Shown here: positions 8,896 to 18,004 of the stretch, piece by piece
Layout: each line of letters begins with the position of its first letter
Numbering within the stretch: the stretch's first letter is position 1
From: an uncultured bacterium
GTDB lineage: Bacteria; UBP4; UBA4092
Length of the DNA stretch: 64,000 nt
Direction of reading: 5' to 3'
Assembly (NCBI GenBank): GCA_964644695.1
Contig: CAZXWN010000001.1
Span: forward strand, 118,869-182,868
Translations under genes and position numbers: made by a program
The notes under the pieces: model-generated
Told to the model about the DNA's origin: nothing
What the model saw: only the letters and a program-made list of their open reading frames with translations
Database searches by the model: none

Positions 8896-8924
8896 ATTTT
8901 AGATGAACACCCACCAAGTTGCAA
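8896..8924 (-). promoter_or_regulatory. Sigma-70-type promoter for tRNA-Pro (minus strand)
   Basis: On the minus strand: TTGCAA, a 17-nt spacer, then TAAAAT, ending about 25 nt upstream of the tRNA 5' end. Confidence 0.5.
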
Positions 8925-8925
8925 G

Positions 8926-10116
8926 TTAATAAGCTGTTAATCTAGATTTTAAATAAGGGAATTTGGATTGATAATGAATCATGTTCTGCTTCATTTCAGA
9001 AACAGTGTCTTCTCCAAACTTTTCCTGAAGAGATTTTACCAGCTCAATAGCCACCACTGCTTCCGCAATGACGGCTGCTGCCGGCGCTGCACAGACGTCT
9101 GAGCGTTCAACAGAGGCCTTTTCTGGAGACATGGATGTGAGATTCACGGATTCCAATGCATACATCAATGTGGCAATGGGTTTCATGGCAGCTCTGATAA
9201 TCAATCTTTCTCCATTTGTTACGCCACCTTCTAATCCACCCGCTCTGTTTGTTTTCCGATAAATTGTGCCGTTTTCGACATAAAGAGCATCATGGACCTG
9301 ACTACCCGGTTTCCTTGCTCCATCAAAGCCCATACCTATTTCAACCCCTTTGATTGCCTGGATACTCATAACGGCTTGAGCCAGTCGTCCATCCAGCTTT
9401 TTATCCCACTGAACATAAGACCCTAATCCGACAGGAAGTCCTTCAGCAATCACTTCCAGGATACCTCCCAACGTATCCCCATTTCTTTTTGCTGTATCAA
9501 CAGCAGCTTTCATGGAATCTTCAACTGAATTGTCAAAAACTCTAAAGGGAGAATTGTTAGTTTTTTCTTTAATGGTTGCTATGGATATATCTGATGGAAT
9601 GGGTTTTGCAGTTATATCTCCCAGAGATACCAGATATCCGACTATTTCGATTCCTAATTCGTGAAGCAATGACTTTGCGACGGCTCCTACGGCTACTCTC
9701 ATTGTAGTTTCTCGTGCACTTGAGCGTTCGAGCACATTTCTCGCATCATCAAACTCGTATTTGACCATTCCACCTAAATCGACATGCCCTGGTCTGGGTC
9801 TGGTTACTTTTTGAATGGAATCGTAATTATCCAAGGGTGTAATGGACATCTTCTCTGTCCAGTTTTGCCAATCTTTGTTAACGACAACTAATGTGACCGG
9901 GCTTCCCAGTGTTTTCCCAAATCGTACCCCTGAGGTGATTTCTACCTGATCCGTTTCAATCTTCATTCTTCCACCACGACCGTATCCCTGCTGTCGGCGG
10001 TAAAGATCTTCATTTATTTGTTCTGCTGACAGGGGTAATCCTGCAGGAAGTCCTTCAATGATGGCAGATAGAGCTGGACCATGTGATTCGCCAGCGGTAA
10101 AGTATCGAATGGGCAT
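8926..10116 (-). CDS. aroC: Chorismate synthase
   Basis: MPIRYFTAGESHGPALSAIIEGLPAGL and GRSSARETTMRVAVGA are canonical AroC motifs. 396 aa. Confidence 0.9.
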   Translation of the reverse strand: MPIRYFTAGESHGPALSAIIEGLPAGLPLSAEQINEDLYRRQQGYGRGGRMKIETDQVEITSGVRFGKTLGSPVTLVVVNKDWQNWTEKMSITPLDNYDSIQKVTRPRPGHVDLGGMVKYEFDDARNVLERSSARETTMRVAVGAVAKSLLHELGIEIVGYLVSLGDITAKPIPSDISIATIKEKTNNSPFRVFDNSVEDSMKAAVDTAKRNGDTLGGILEVIAEGLPVGLGSYVQWDKKLDGRLAQAVMSIQAIKGVEIGMGFDGARKPGSQVHDALYVENGTIYRKTNRAGGLEGGVTNGERLIIRAAMKPIATLMYALESVNLTSMSPEKASVERSDVCAAPAAAVIAEAVVAIELVKSLQEKFGEDTVSEMKQNMIHYQSKFPYLKSRLTAY

Positions 10117-10128
10117 AAGTGTACTCCC

Positions 10129-11007
10129 TTAGTTTTTATGAACTCGGTTTAAATGATTTTCTATGGCTGTCCGCATCACTGCTAATGGGGGCATCACATT
10201 CAGCCAGATTTTAAATGAGGCGGCACCCTGGGCAATCAACATGGTCATCCCATTTGTGCAGGGACATCCTCGGTCTTTTGCTGCAGCCAATAATGGGGTA
10301 ACAGATGGATTGTATATAAGATCGATGACCGATAATTTTGAGTGTAACCAATCTGCTGGAATAGGTGTGGAATCTCCTGGTTTCATTCCAACGGGAGTGG
10401 CATTTACTAACAAATCAGCTTTTTTTACATAGGAAGACAGGGGTGTTAAATCTGGTCCGATTATATCCAATCGGATGGTCGGAAAAAACTGTTGAATTCG
10501 ATACGCTAACTCGGTTAGTTTCTTTTCATTGCGTCCAGCAAGAGTAATGCTTTTGACTCCCCCCATGGCACATTCCGTTGCAACGGCCTTAGCGGCTCCA
10601 CCTGCGCCAATAATGACGACATGGGCTCCTTCTAAGCTAAACGCTATATCTTCGTCTAGAGAGCGTTTAAAGCCCTCTCCATCGGTGTTGTATCCATGAT
10701 ATCGGTTCTCCGTCCAATGTAATGTATTGACGGACCCGACGATCGTAGCTCTTTTGGAAAGTTTTCCAATATAGGGAACGATGACTTCTTTGAAGGGAAT
10801 GGTTACATTTACTCCAATAAAATGGACTGTATGAATCCCAACGAGTGCTTCTGAAACTTTATCTAAGGGAACTTCCAGAGGAACATATACTGCATTTAGG
10901 CCCAGGTTTTGAAATGCAGCGTTGTGCATGATAGGAGAATATGAATGACTGATGGGATTACCTATGACCCCAAATAAAGCGGTTGTACCGGTAATGCTTG
11001 AGATCAT
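10129..11007 (-). CDS. aroE: Shikimate 5-dehydrogenase
   Basis: The GVIGNPISHSYSP..HN substrate-binding motif and the GAGGAAKAV NADP Rossmann loop. The likely start Met (MISSITG) at 11007 overlaps the pilD stop by 4 nt (ATGA). The track ORF extends to 11070. Confidence 0.8.
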   Translation of the reverse strand: MISSITGTTALFGVIGNPISHSYSPIMHNAAFQNLGLNAVYVPLEVPLDKVSEALVGIHTVHFIGVNVTIPFKEVIVPYIGKLSKRATIVGSVNTLHWTENRYHGYNTDGEGFKRSLDEDIAFSLEGAHVVIIGAGGAAKAVATECAMGGVKSITLAGRNEKKLTELAYRIQQFFPTIRLDIIGPDLTPLSSYVKKADLLVNATPVGMKPGDSTPIPADWLHSKLSVIDLIYNPSVTPLLAAAKDRGCPCTNGMTMLIAQGAASFKIWLNVMPPLAVMRTAIENHLNRVHKN

Positions 11008-11915
11008 GGCATTCCTCGGGGCCCATTTATCATTGTGGAAACATCGGGGGTTAAAAGATTCAAATACCACTCAATTATCAGATGTCCCCACAAAATGGAT
11101 ATTAATGAACCAATTGCCAGAAATGGACCGAAAGGAATATAGTGTCCCGTTAATTCTGTCTCACTATCTTTTCGTTTCATAAGATATAGCTGGATGATTC
11201 CAACGATTGAACCAACCAATGACGAAATCATTAAAGCGAGAATGATTGGCATCCATCCTGTAAAAGCACCAACAAAAGCCAGAAGTTTTACATCGCCTCC
11301 CCCCATTGCTTCCTTTTTTAGAATTGCCTGGGCAATTAACCCGATGCCCCAGAGTATTCCTCCCCCGAGGAGTAATCCTAAAAATGAATCAACTAATGGT
11401 GCCCAAGTTTTAAAAACTGGGAATAGCAGATTGTTGGGATTCTCAACTGGGAATAATCCATTTGTGGTGGGTTTGAAGCATAGTATGACGGCTACGACCA
11501 ATCCAAAAACAATCCCACTAAGTGATAACTCATCAGGGATGATGAAATGATCCAAGTCAATAAAAGATATGGCAATCAACATACAGGTAACAATCGTAAA
11601 AACAAATGACGCCGCATTTGGCCCCTTAAACGCCCAGTTTACTACCAGGAAAAGTATTCCAGTCAATAATTCCACCAGAAAATATCGGGGTGAATATCCC
11701 GCTCCGCAATGGCGACATTTGCCTCGTAGGATTATGTAACTTAACAGGGGGATATTGTCATACCACTCAATCATCTTCTGACACTTAAAACAATGTGAAC
11801 GAGGGGTGACTATGGAGAGTCCTTCCGGCATTCGGTATATTACAACATTCAAAAAGCTGCCGATACAAATTCCAAGTATGAATAATATGATTATAATTGA
11901 CATAAGTAATACCAT
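11004..11915 (-). CDS. pilD: Type IV prepilin leader peptidase (A24 family)
   Basis: Tetra-Cys zinc motif (CFKCQ...CRHCG), multiple TM helices, and the catalytic GGGDVKLL aspartate motif. 303 aa. Confidence 0.8.
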   Translation of the reverse strand: MVLLMSIIIILFILGICIGSFLNVVIYRMPEGLSIVTPRSHCFKCQKMIEWYDNIPLLSYIILRGKCRHCGAGYSPRYFLVELLTGILFLVVNWAFKGPNAASFVFTIVTCMLIAISFIDLDHFIIPDELSLSGIVFGLVVAVILCFKPTTNGLFPVENPNNLLFPVFKTWAPLVDSFLGLLLGGGILWGIGLIAQAILKKEAMGGGDVKLLAFVGAFTGWMPIILALMISSLVGSIVGIIQLYLMKRKDSETELTGHYIPFGPFLAIGSLISILWGHLIIEWYLNLLTPDVSTMINGPRGMP

Positions 11916-12023
11916 TTAACCTTAAATTGCAGTCATTTGGCAAGGTATAGTACCTTTCCATGTTCATATTTTACCTTAAATTTCATTGACTCTATTAAAT
12001 AACACCTGCTACGATGAATTACT

Positions 12024-13292
12024 ATGTCTGAACCTATTTATTCTCCTAAAATTGATGTTGTTTTGAAACAAATTGCTCTTCAGGACCCCATATTGAAGGC
12101 TATGTTTTGCAGTGCTCTTGAACAAATATGGACACAGTCTCTGCGTTTATTATCGGATGGTCGAGTTCAGGTAACCAGTACTGTTTCGAATCAGATGAGT
12201 ATCCGAGATACTGTTCGGATTCTTCAGCCTTTGTGTTTAATATGTCGTGATGATGCTGCTTTACAGCAGGTGGTAAGAGGTGGGTTGACATCTCTTTTCC
12301 AGATGATCTTATCGGATGCGTATGCTAATCAATTCCACCTGGATTCCATACAAGAGGGTAGTGACAAATTATTAGGTGCCGTCCCTCGGCCTGTTTGTCG
12401 TGAGTTTGCTCTCGATGCTTTATTAGCTCCGGTTCAACTGTTGGGTACATACTGGATGACAACCGGTGATGAATCGGTTTTTAATGAAACGACCCATGCG
12501 GCCCTTTCAACTATTATTGACATTCTTCGTAGTGAACAAAAACATAATGAATTATCCTCCTATGATTTGTTGCAGGAATTAGAAGGGACCCTGTTACCGG
12601 GACAAAAACCTGAAATCAATCCAGTTGGTGATACCGGAATGATTTGGTCAGCGTATCGACCGGATGGAACTTTATGTAAATATAACTATAATATTCCGGT
12701 CCAAATGATGGTTTCTGTAACATTAAGCTTACTCATCGAAATCTTTCGTGATGTTTATTCGGAATTGGATTTAGCAGATGAATTAGCTGAATTACAAAGT
12801 GATGTTAATTTAGGAATTGAACGATTTGGTATTGTCGAAAATCCACAAACTGGTTTGATGTATATTTATGAAACTGATGGGTTAGGGAACTATCTTGTCA
12901 GTGACAGCCCTGTATATCCAAGTTTGATCTCGGCACCTTTTATCGGGTTTTTGGATTCAGATTCAGAAACATATCAAAATACCCGACAGTATGTCTTATC
13001 TCAATCTAATCCGGATTATCGTAAAGGTGTCAGTGTTGAAGGAATTCAAGAAACCGGCCAAAAAACATCTAAGATATCTATGGAATCCTTGATACAAAGA
13101 GCGCTGGTCAGTGATAATCCTCTCGAAACTCAAGTTTTAATTCAACAGTTTAAGAAATACAGGACTAGTAATCATTTGCTTCCTCAGTATATAGCTCCGA
13201 ATGGGGATGTGGCTCCGGACTCCATCACGTCATCTGTTATTAATGCCTTATTCCTTGAATTAGTTTTGACTCAACTGGCTGGCTCTTATTAA
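12024..13292 (+). CDS. Hypothetical cytoplasmic protein, possibly an (alpha/alpha)6-barrel glycoside hydrolase (GH125/DUF1237-like)
   Basis: 422 aa with no signal peptide. The size and an AYRPDG...IPVQMM segment loosely recall GH125 exo-alpha-1,6-mannosidases. This is a weak assignment. Confidence 0.3.
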   Translation: MSEPIYSPKIDVVLKQIALQDPILKAMFCSALEQIWTQSLRLLSDGRVQVTSTVSNQMSIRDTVRILQPLCLICRDDAALQQVVRGGLTSLFQMILSDAYANQFHLDSIQEGSDKLLGAVPRPVCREFALDALLAPVQLLGTYWMTTGDESVFNETTHAALSTIIDILRSEQKHNELSSYDLLQELEGTLLPGQKPEINPVGDTGMIWSAYRPDGTLCKYNYNIPVQMMVSVTLSLLIEIFRDVYSELDLADELAELQSDVNLGIERFGIVENPQTGLMYIYETDGLGNYLVSDSPVYPSLISAPFIGFLDSDSETYQNTRQYVLSQSNPDYRKGVSVEGIQETGQKTSKISMESLIQRALVSDNPLETQVLIQQFKKYRTSNHLLPQYIAPNGDVAPDSITSSVINALFLELVLTQLAGSY

Positions 13293-13312
13293 GATAATGA
13301 GCTGATATTAAT

Positions 13313-13345
13313 AGCCTGAAGGGAACTATCCTTCAGGCTATTTTG
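13313..13345 (+). terminator. Intrinsic terminator after the 12024 gene
   Basis: 10-bp stem agcctgaagg / ccttcaggct, 7-nt loop, then ATTTT. Confidence 0.5.
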
Positions 13346-13400
13346 CTTGACATGTCTTTCTGATTGATTAAGTATTAAGGGAAACTGACTGGAAAGGACA

Positions 13401-14879
13401 TTGTTAATGCGCCGTTTAACCTTCATCATTTCAATTATTTCTTTGTTTCTACCTGTTTATTTGTATGCCTCATTCTCTCCAAACAAAATGGATAACTGGC
13501 TAGATGTTTTAATGAACTCTGAAAAAATTGGTTATCTTCATACGTGGGAAGAAACCACTGTTTGGAATAAACAGAAATCAGTTTTAATTCGCAGTCAGGT
13601 TGTCAGTAAACTAATGCGATTTGGTATTGAATTTGAAGTAATGCAGGATATGGGTGTTGTTCTGAATAAGCAGGGAAGCCCGGTATTTTCGTATTACAAT
13701 GAATCTCTGATGGGATCACACAGGACTATCCAGACACGAAATCTTGGAAATCAGCTTGAAGTATTAACAATATTAGGAAACGCTACGACATCATCAGTGA
13801 AACCATGGAGTGATGATGGGGAATTTGAATCTTCTGTGATGTATAAAATAATGAAGAAGGGTCTGAAATCGGGTTGGAGTAAATCATTTGATATATATAG
13901 TCCTGAGTTAAACAAATCATTTCATATGCTGCTTTCAGTAAGTGATAAAACCACTATTCATGTGAATGGAACTGCTTGGAATGTTTATCCCGTTCGGAGT
14001 GAGTATTCTGGTGCCGATGAGTTAAGTGGACTTAGTTATATAACTCCAGAGGGAGTACTCATAAAATGTGTTGTAGGAAGTTATGGTATTGAAATGATCA
14101 AAACAACTCCCCAGAAGGCCGAAGAGTTCTCCCAAAAAGTGGATGTTACTGACCTTTCTGGGGTCAAGATTGATCGTCCTTTGAAAGAACCTCAGAAATT
14201 AAAAAAACTTGTATTAAAAGTGATTCCAGTTTCTGATAAAAATATTCAGACTCTTTTCCCCACTGATGACCGTCAAAAATGGAAAGACAAAGATAAAGGC
14301 TTATTAATTCTTCAAAATTCACTGTCTGTTAGCAGTATCCAGAGTATGTATCCTATCCAAAACTTACCTTCTGCTATGTCTATTTATACCTCATCCAGTC
14401 CTTATGTTGAGGCAAGTCATCCTGATGTCATGTTAACTGCCCAATTAGCCATTGGAACTGTAGAGAATTCTTGGGAAGCTGTTACTACATTAAATGAATG
14501 GGTTCACAACCACATCCAAAAAAAAGGTTTTGACACTGGATTTGGAACTGCCTTGGAAACCTTACGAAGTCGTAAAGGGGATTGTACAGAACATGCTGTT
14601 CTCTTTGCTGGATTAAGTCGTTCATTAGGGATACCCACCCGGCTGGTGGTTGGTTTGGCAGCTGTTGAGTCTGGCTATTTTTATCATATGTGGGATGAAG
14701 TTTATTTAGATGGTCATTGGATCCCCATTGATCCTACATTCAATCAAATTCAAATAGATGCAGCACATATTAAGCTGGCTGTTAGTGATACGGGTGAAGA
14801 TCAATTAGGTGATTTTGCTCTCAATCTTATGAAATCTTTGAATAAGTTTCGATTTGAAGTTGTTGAAACATCATATTAG
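13401..14879 (+). CDS. Secreted transglutaminase-like (Cys protease fold) domain protein
   Basis: Signal peptide or anchor (ISLFLPVYLYASF). C-terminal RSRKGDCTEHAVLFAGLSRSLGIPTR is the transglutaminase-core catalytic Cys motif. The probable ATG is at 13407. Confidence 0.6.
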   Translation: MLMRRLTFIISIISLFLPVYLYASFSPNKMDNWLDVLMNSEKIGYLHTWEETTVWNKQKSVLIRSQVVSKLMRFGIEFEVMQDMGVVLNKQGSPVFSYYNESLMGSHRTIQTRNLGNQLEVLTILGNATTSSVKPWSDDGEFESSVMYKIMKKGLKSGWSKSFDIYSPELNKSFHMLLSVSDKTTIHVNGTAWNVYPVRSEYSGADELSGLSYITPEGVLIKCVVGSYGIEMIKTTPQKAEEFSQKVDVTDLSGVKIDRPLKEPQKLKKLVLKVIPVSDKNIQTLFPTDDRQKWKDKDKGLLILQNSLSVSSIQSMYPIQNLPSAMSIYTSSSPYVEASHPDVMLTAQLAIGTVENSWEAVTTLNEWVHNHIQKKGFDTGFGTALETLRSRKGDCTEHAVLFAGLSRSLGIPTRLVVGLAAVESGYFYHMWDEVYLDGHWIPIDPTFNQIQIDAAHIKLAVSDTGEDQLGDFALNLMKSLNKFRFEVVETSY

Positions 14880-15080
14880 TCTTATTGGCACGCCATATTG
14901 GCAAGCATCCTGGCTTTTTTCGAAGGGCTGACTATAGTTTTTCCTTTTCTATTTTTTATTTAACCCTAATTTTTAGAATATCTTATACAATAAGTGGTGA
15001 TTTGCTACTGATAATTTATGAAAATGGTATGTATTTCGCATCACTCGTATATATGACCTGAATAAATAAGGAAAAGGATC

Positions 15081-15458
15081 ATGAATACTCATCCAAATAC
15101 CACAATATTGGTTGTTGATGATGATGAAGCCATCCGTGATACTTTGCGGGAAATATTTCTTCGCGATGGGTTTAATACTGAGATAGCTGAAAATGGATAT
15201 ATAGCTACTCGGATCGTTCGTGAAAAATGGCTGGATTTAGTTTTTCTTGATTTTGAGTTACCAGGTCAAAACGGAATAGATGTGCTCAAAGAGATTAAGC
15301 AAATCAATATTAATTTACCGGTTGTTATGTTAACTGGTTATTCTGGAGAAGAAATTAATACTTGGGCAATTAATGCTGGCGCTTTTGAGCTATTACGTAA
15401 GCCTATTCAATTAAGTCAGATAAGACAGACTATTCATAAAATTTTATTGAACATGTAA
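15081..15458 (+). CDS. Stand-alone response-regulator receiver (CheY-like) protein
   Basis: ILVVDDDEAIRDTLREIF acidic pocket, phospho-acceptor Asp in LVFLDFELPG, and T and K motifs (VVMLTGYSG, LRKP). 125 aa with no output domain. Confidence 0.7.
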   Translation: MNTHPNTTILVVDDDEAIRDTLREIFLRDGFNTEIAENGYIATRIVREKWLDLVFLDFELPGQNGIDVLKEIKQININLPVVMLTGYSGEEINTWAINAGAFELLRKPIQLSQIRQTIHKILLNM

Positions 15459-15548
15459 TCCAGCCAAGTAAACCTTAGTCGTACCATGAATGTAATATCT
15501 TAATGAACTTCGGTTTCGGCTATTTACACTAAGTCGTAGGAGTTTTGT

Positions 15549-16409
15549 ATGAATTATTTTAAAACAGCACTTTTAATGGTAGGCATGACAGTCCTACTAA
15601 TGTTTGTTGGACAATTATTGATGCCGCAAAATCCATCCATGGGCCTTGCTCTTGGGTTTATTATTGCCTTAGGGATGAATGGGTTTCAATATTGGTTCTC
15701 AGATAAGATCGTGTTGAAAATGTATGGGGCTAGACCCATAGATGCACATCAGGTACCCGATGTTTATAGAGCTATGAACGAGCTGGTACACAAATCGGGA
15801 ATGCCAATGCCCAAAATCTATTGGATGGATAATCCGACTCCCAATGCTTTTGCAACGGGAAGAAATCCACAGAATGCAGCAATTGTTGTTACATCTGGTA
15901 TCTTACAGCTGCTTTCTTATGAGGAACTTAAAGGTGTTTTAGCCCATGAGCTAGCCCATGTAAAAAATCGAGATATCTTGATTTCTACTATTGCATCTAC
16001 ATTTGCCCAAACCATCATGTTTATCGTCTCTATCGCACGATGGACTGCTTTATTCGGGGGCTTTGGTGGCCGAGATGAGGATGGGCGAGGAGTTAATCCA
16101 ATAGCATTAATTGTAGGATTAATTGTTATGCCTTTGGCGGCCACTTTATTACAAATGGCTATCTCCCGTTCAAGGGAATATGCCGCTGATGCTACTGGTG
16201 CAACCCTTGCAGGAAGTTCGTGGGGACTGGCTAGCGCCTTAGAAAAATTAGAGCGAGGTGCTGAAGTAATCCCAATGCATGCAACAGAGGCTACTGCCAA
16301 TATGTTTATTGTAAATCCCCTTCGTGGTTCTTCCTTAATGAATCTATTTTCTACGCATCCGCCTACTCAGGAAAGAATTAGACGGTTGCGTGAAATGAAT
16401 ATCCAATAA
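15549..16409 (+). CDS. htpX: Membrane zinc metalloprotease HtpX (M48 family)
   Basis: Zinc-binding HELAHV motif, N-terminal TM helices, and the conserved C-terminal NLFSTHPPTQERI. Confidence 0.85.
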   Translation: MNYFKTALLMVGMTVLLMFVGQLLMPQNPSMGLALGFIIALGMNGFQYWFSDKIVLKMYGARPIDAHQVPDVYRAMNELVHKSGMPMPKIYWMDNPTPNAFATGRNPQNAAIVVTSGILQLLSYEELKGVLAHELAHVKNRDILISTIASTFAQTIMFIVSIARWTALFGGFGGRDEDGRGVNPIALIVGLIVMPLAATLLQMAISRSREYAADATGATLAGSSWGLASALEKLERGAEVIPMHATEATANMFIVNPLRGSSLMNLFSTHPPTQERIRRLREMNIQ

Positions 16410-16436
16410 ACCAATCATTACTATTTGGGAGGTTAT

Positions 16437-17894
16437 ATGAAATTCAAACAAAAATCTCTAAAATCTCTATTATCAGGTGGAATCCTGATAATGTCAGTTG
16501 TTTTTACGATTCCAGCAATTGGTGCTGAACAAGCTACAAAGTCGGGTCCAGCAGCATTTGAATTGCAGAAAAGTTTTATATCTGTAATTAAGAGAGTGAA
16601 ACCTTCCGTTGTTGATATAAGTGCTAAAAAAATAGTGACACGCCAACAAACCCAACAAGATCCTTTTGGTGGAATGTTCGACGATCCTATGTTCCAACAG
16701 TTTTTTAGACGTTTTCCCCCTTCTGCCCCCCAGCGACAGGAATTACAGAGTCGGGGTTCAGGAGTAATTATCCGTAAAGATGGTTATATCCTCACCAATA
16801 ATCATGTAGTCGCTCAAGCCGATCAATTAACTGTCACTTTGAGTGATGGACGAACTAAAGAAGCAAAGATTATTGGAAATGATGAGAGTACTGACTTGGC
16901 GGTAATCAAGGTTGATGGAGATAATTATTCTGAAGCAGAATTGGGTGATTCAGACGTTTTGGAAGTAGGCCAAATTGTGTTTACTTTTGGTTCTCCTTTT
17001 TCTTTTTCAGGTTCTGTATCACAAGGTATCATTTCTGGGATGGGAAGAGAATTAGGTCTTTCCCAGTATGAAAATCTAATTCAAACAGATGCAGCAATGA
17101 ATCCCGGTAACAGTGGGGGACCTCTGGTAGATTTGAATGGTCGAATTGTTGGTATTAATAAGGCTATAGCTACTCAGGGTGTTGCTCAATCTGCTGGTCT
17201 TGGTTTCGCTATTCCCATAAATTTAGCAAGGCAGGTAATGGGTGATTTAATTCAGAATGGTAAATGGACTCGTGGCTATCTGGGTATTTTCATGGATGAA
17301 TTAAATGCTGAAAAAGCACAACAAATGGGATTGTCTCAGAATAAGGGCGTTTTGGTTGCAAAAGTAGTTGAGAATAGTCCTGCGGCCAACTCTGGATTAA
17401 AAGAATATGACGTAATTATCAGTTTTAATAATAAGCCTGTTGAGACTGTTTATGAATTGCAAAGTATGGTTGCTATGACCAAGGCATTACAAACGGTCCC
17501 TGTAAAAGTGATTCGAGATGGTAAAGAGGTCGTTCTAAATGTGAAGATTGGTGAACGGACTGACGAATCAGATGCCTTGGCAAGTGATTCGTATAAGAAA
17601 TGGGGGCTTACCTTACAACTACTATCTGAGAATTTGGCCAAGCAAAGAGGTGTAAACTATATCGCAAATACACTCATCATTACTGCAGTGGATCAGGATT
17701 CTCAAGCCTTCCAACTGGGCTTTAGAGAAAATGATATTATTTTGGAAATAGACCGCAAACCTGCCAAGGATTTGAAAGAAATAATAAAGTCCTTCTCAGC
17801 TAAAAAATCAGGTGAAAAAATTCTTTTCAGGACACTCTCACAACAGGGTGCCTATAAGATAATATCTTTCCCTGTTCCAGAAAAAGATAAATAA
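16437..17894 (+). CDS. htrA: Periplasmic serine endoprotease of the DegP/HtrA (Do) family with two PDZ domains
   Basis: GGGAGG RBS 5 nt upstream of ATG 16437. Signal peptide, catalytic triad context (TNNHVV, DLAVIKV, GNSGGPLVD), then PDZ regions. Confidence 0.85.
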   Translation: MKFKQKSLKSLLSGGILIMSVVFTIPAIGAEQATKSGPAAFELQKSFISVIKRVKPSVVDISAKKIVTRQQTQQDPFGGMFDDPMFQQFFRRFPPSAPQRQELQSRGSGVIIRKDGYILTNNHVVAQADQLTVTLSDGRTKEAKIIGNDESTDLAVIKVDGDNYSEAELGDSDVLEVGQIVFTFGSPFSFSGSVSQGIISGMGRELGLSQYENLIQTDAAMNPGNSGGPLVDLNGRIVGINKAIATQGVAQSAGLGFAIPINLARQVMGDLIQNGKWTRGYLGIFMDELNAEKAQQMGLSQNKGVLVAKVVENSPAANSGLKEYDVIISFNNKPVETVYELQSMVAMTKALQTVPVKVIRDGKEVVLNVKIGERTDESDALASDSYKKWGLTLQLLSENLAKQRGVNYIANTLIITAVDQDSQAFQLGFRENDIILEIDRKPAKDLKEIIKSFSAKKSGEKILFRTLSQQGAYKIISFPVPEKDK

Positions 17895-17910
17895 GGCTGA
17901 TTGTAATTAA

Positions 17911-17950
17911 AAGCCGTTACCGAAATAATCGGTAACGGCTTTTCTTTTTA
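17911..17950 (+). terminator. Intrinsic terminator after htrA
   Basis: 12-bp stem aagccgttaccg / cggtaacggctt, 7-nt loop, then TTCTTTTT. Confidence 0.6.
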
Positions 17951-18004
17951 ACATTACAATAGTAGATATTAATAAAAGTAATTTGATATAGGGCTTGGTG
18001 AAGC

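Noticed and set aside
14884-14905. TGGCACGCCATATTGGCA resembling a sigma-54 -24/-12 promoter (a bEBP is present in the window)
   Set aside because: The GG-to-GC spacing is 12 rather than 10 and the -12 element is TTGG rather than TTGC. It also sits immediately after a stop codon, so it is more likely a weak terminator or a chance match.
15917-16300. 127-aa antisense ORF inside htpX, and similar antisense ORFs elsewhere (52231-52638, 19293-19622, 25179-25505 and others)
   Set aside because: They are embedded antisense to strongly supported protein-coding genes with recognisable motifs. They have no RBS and are typical shadow ORFs.
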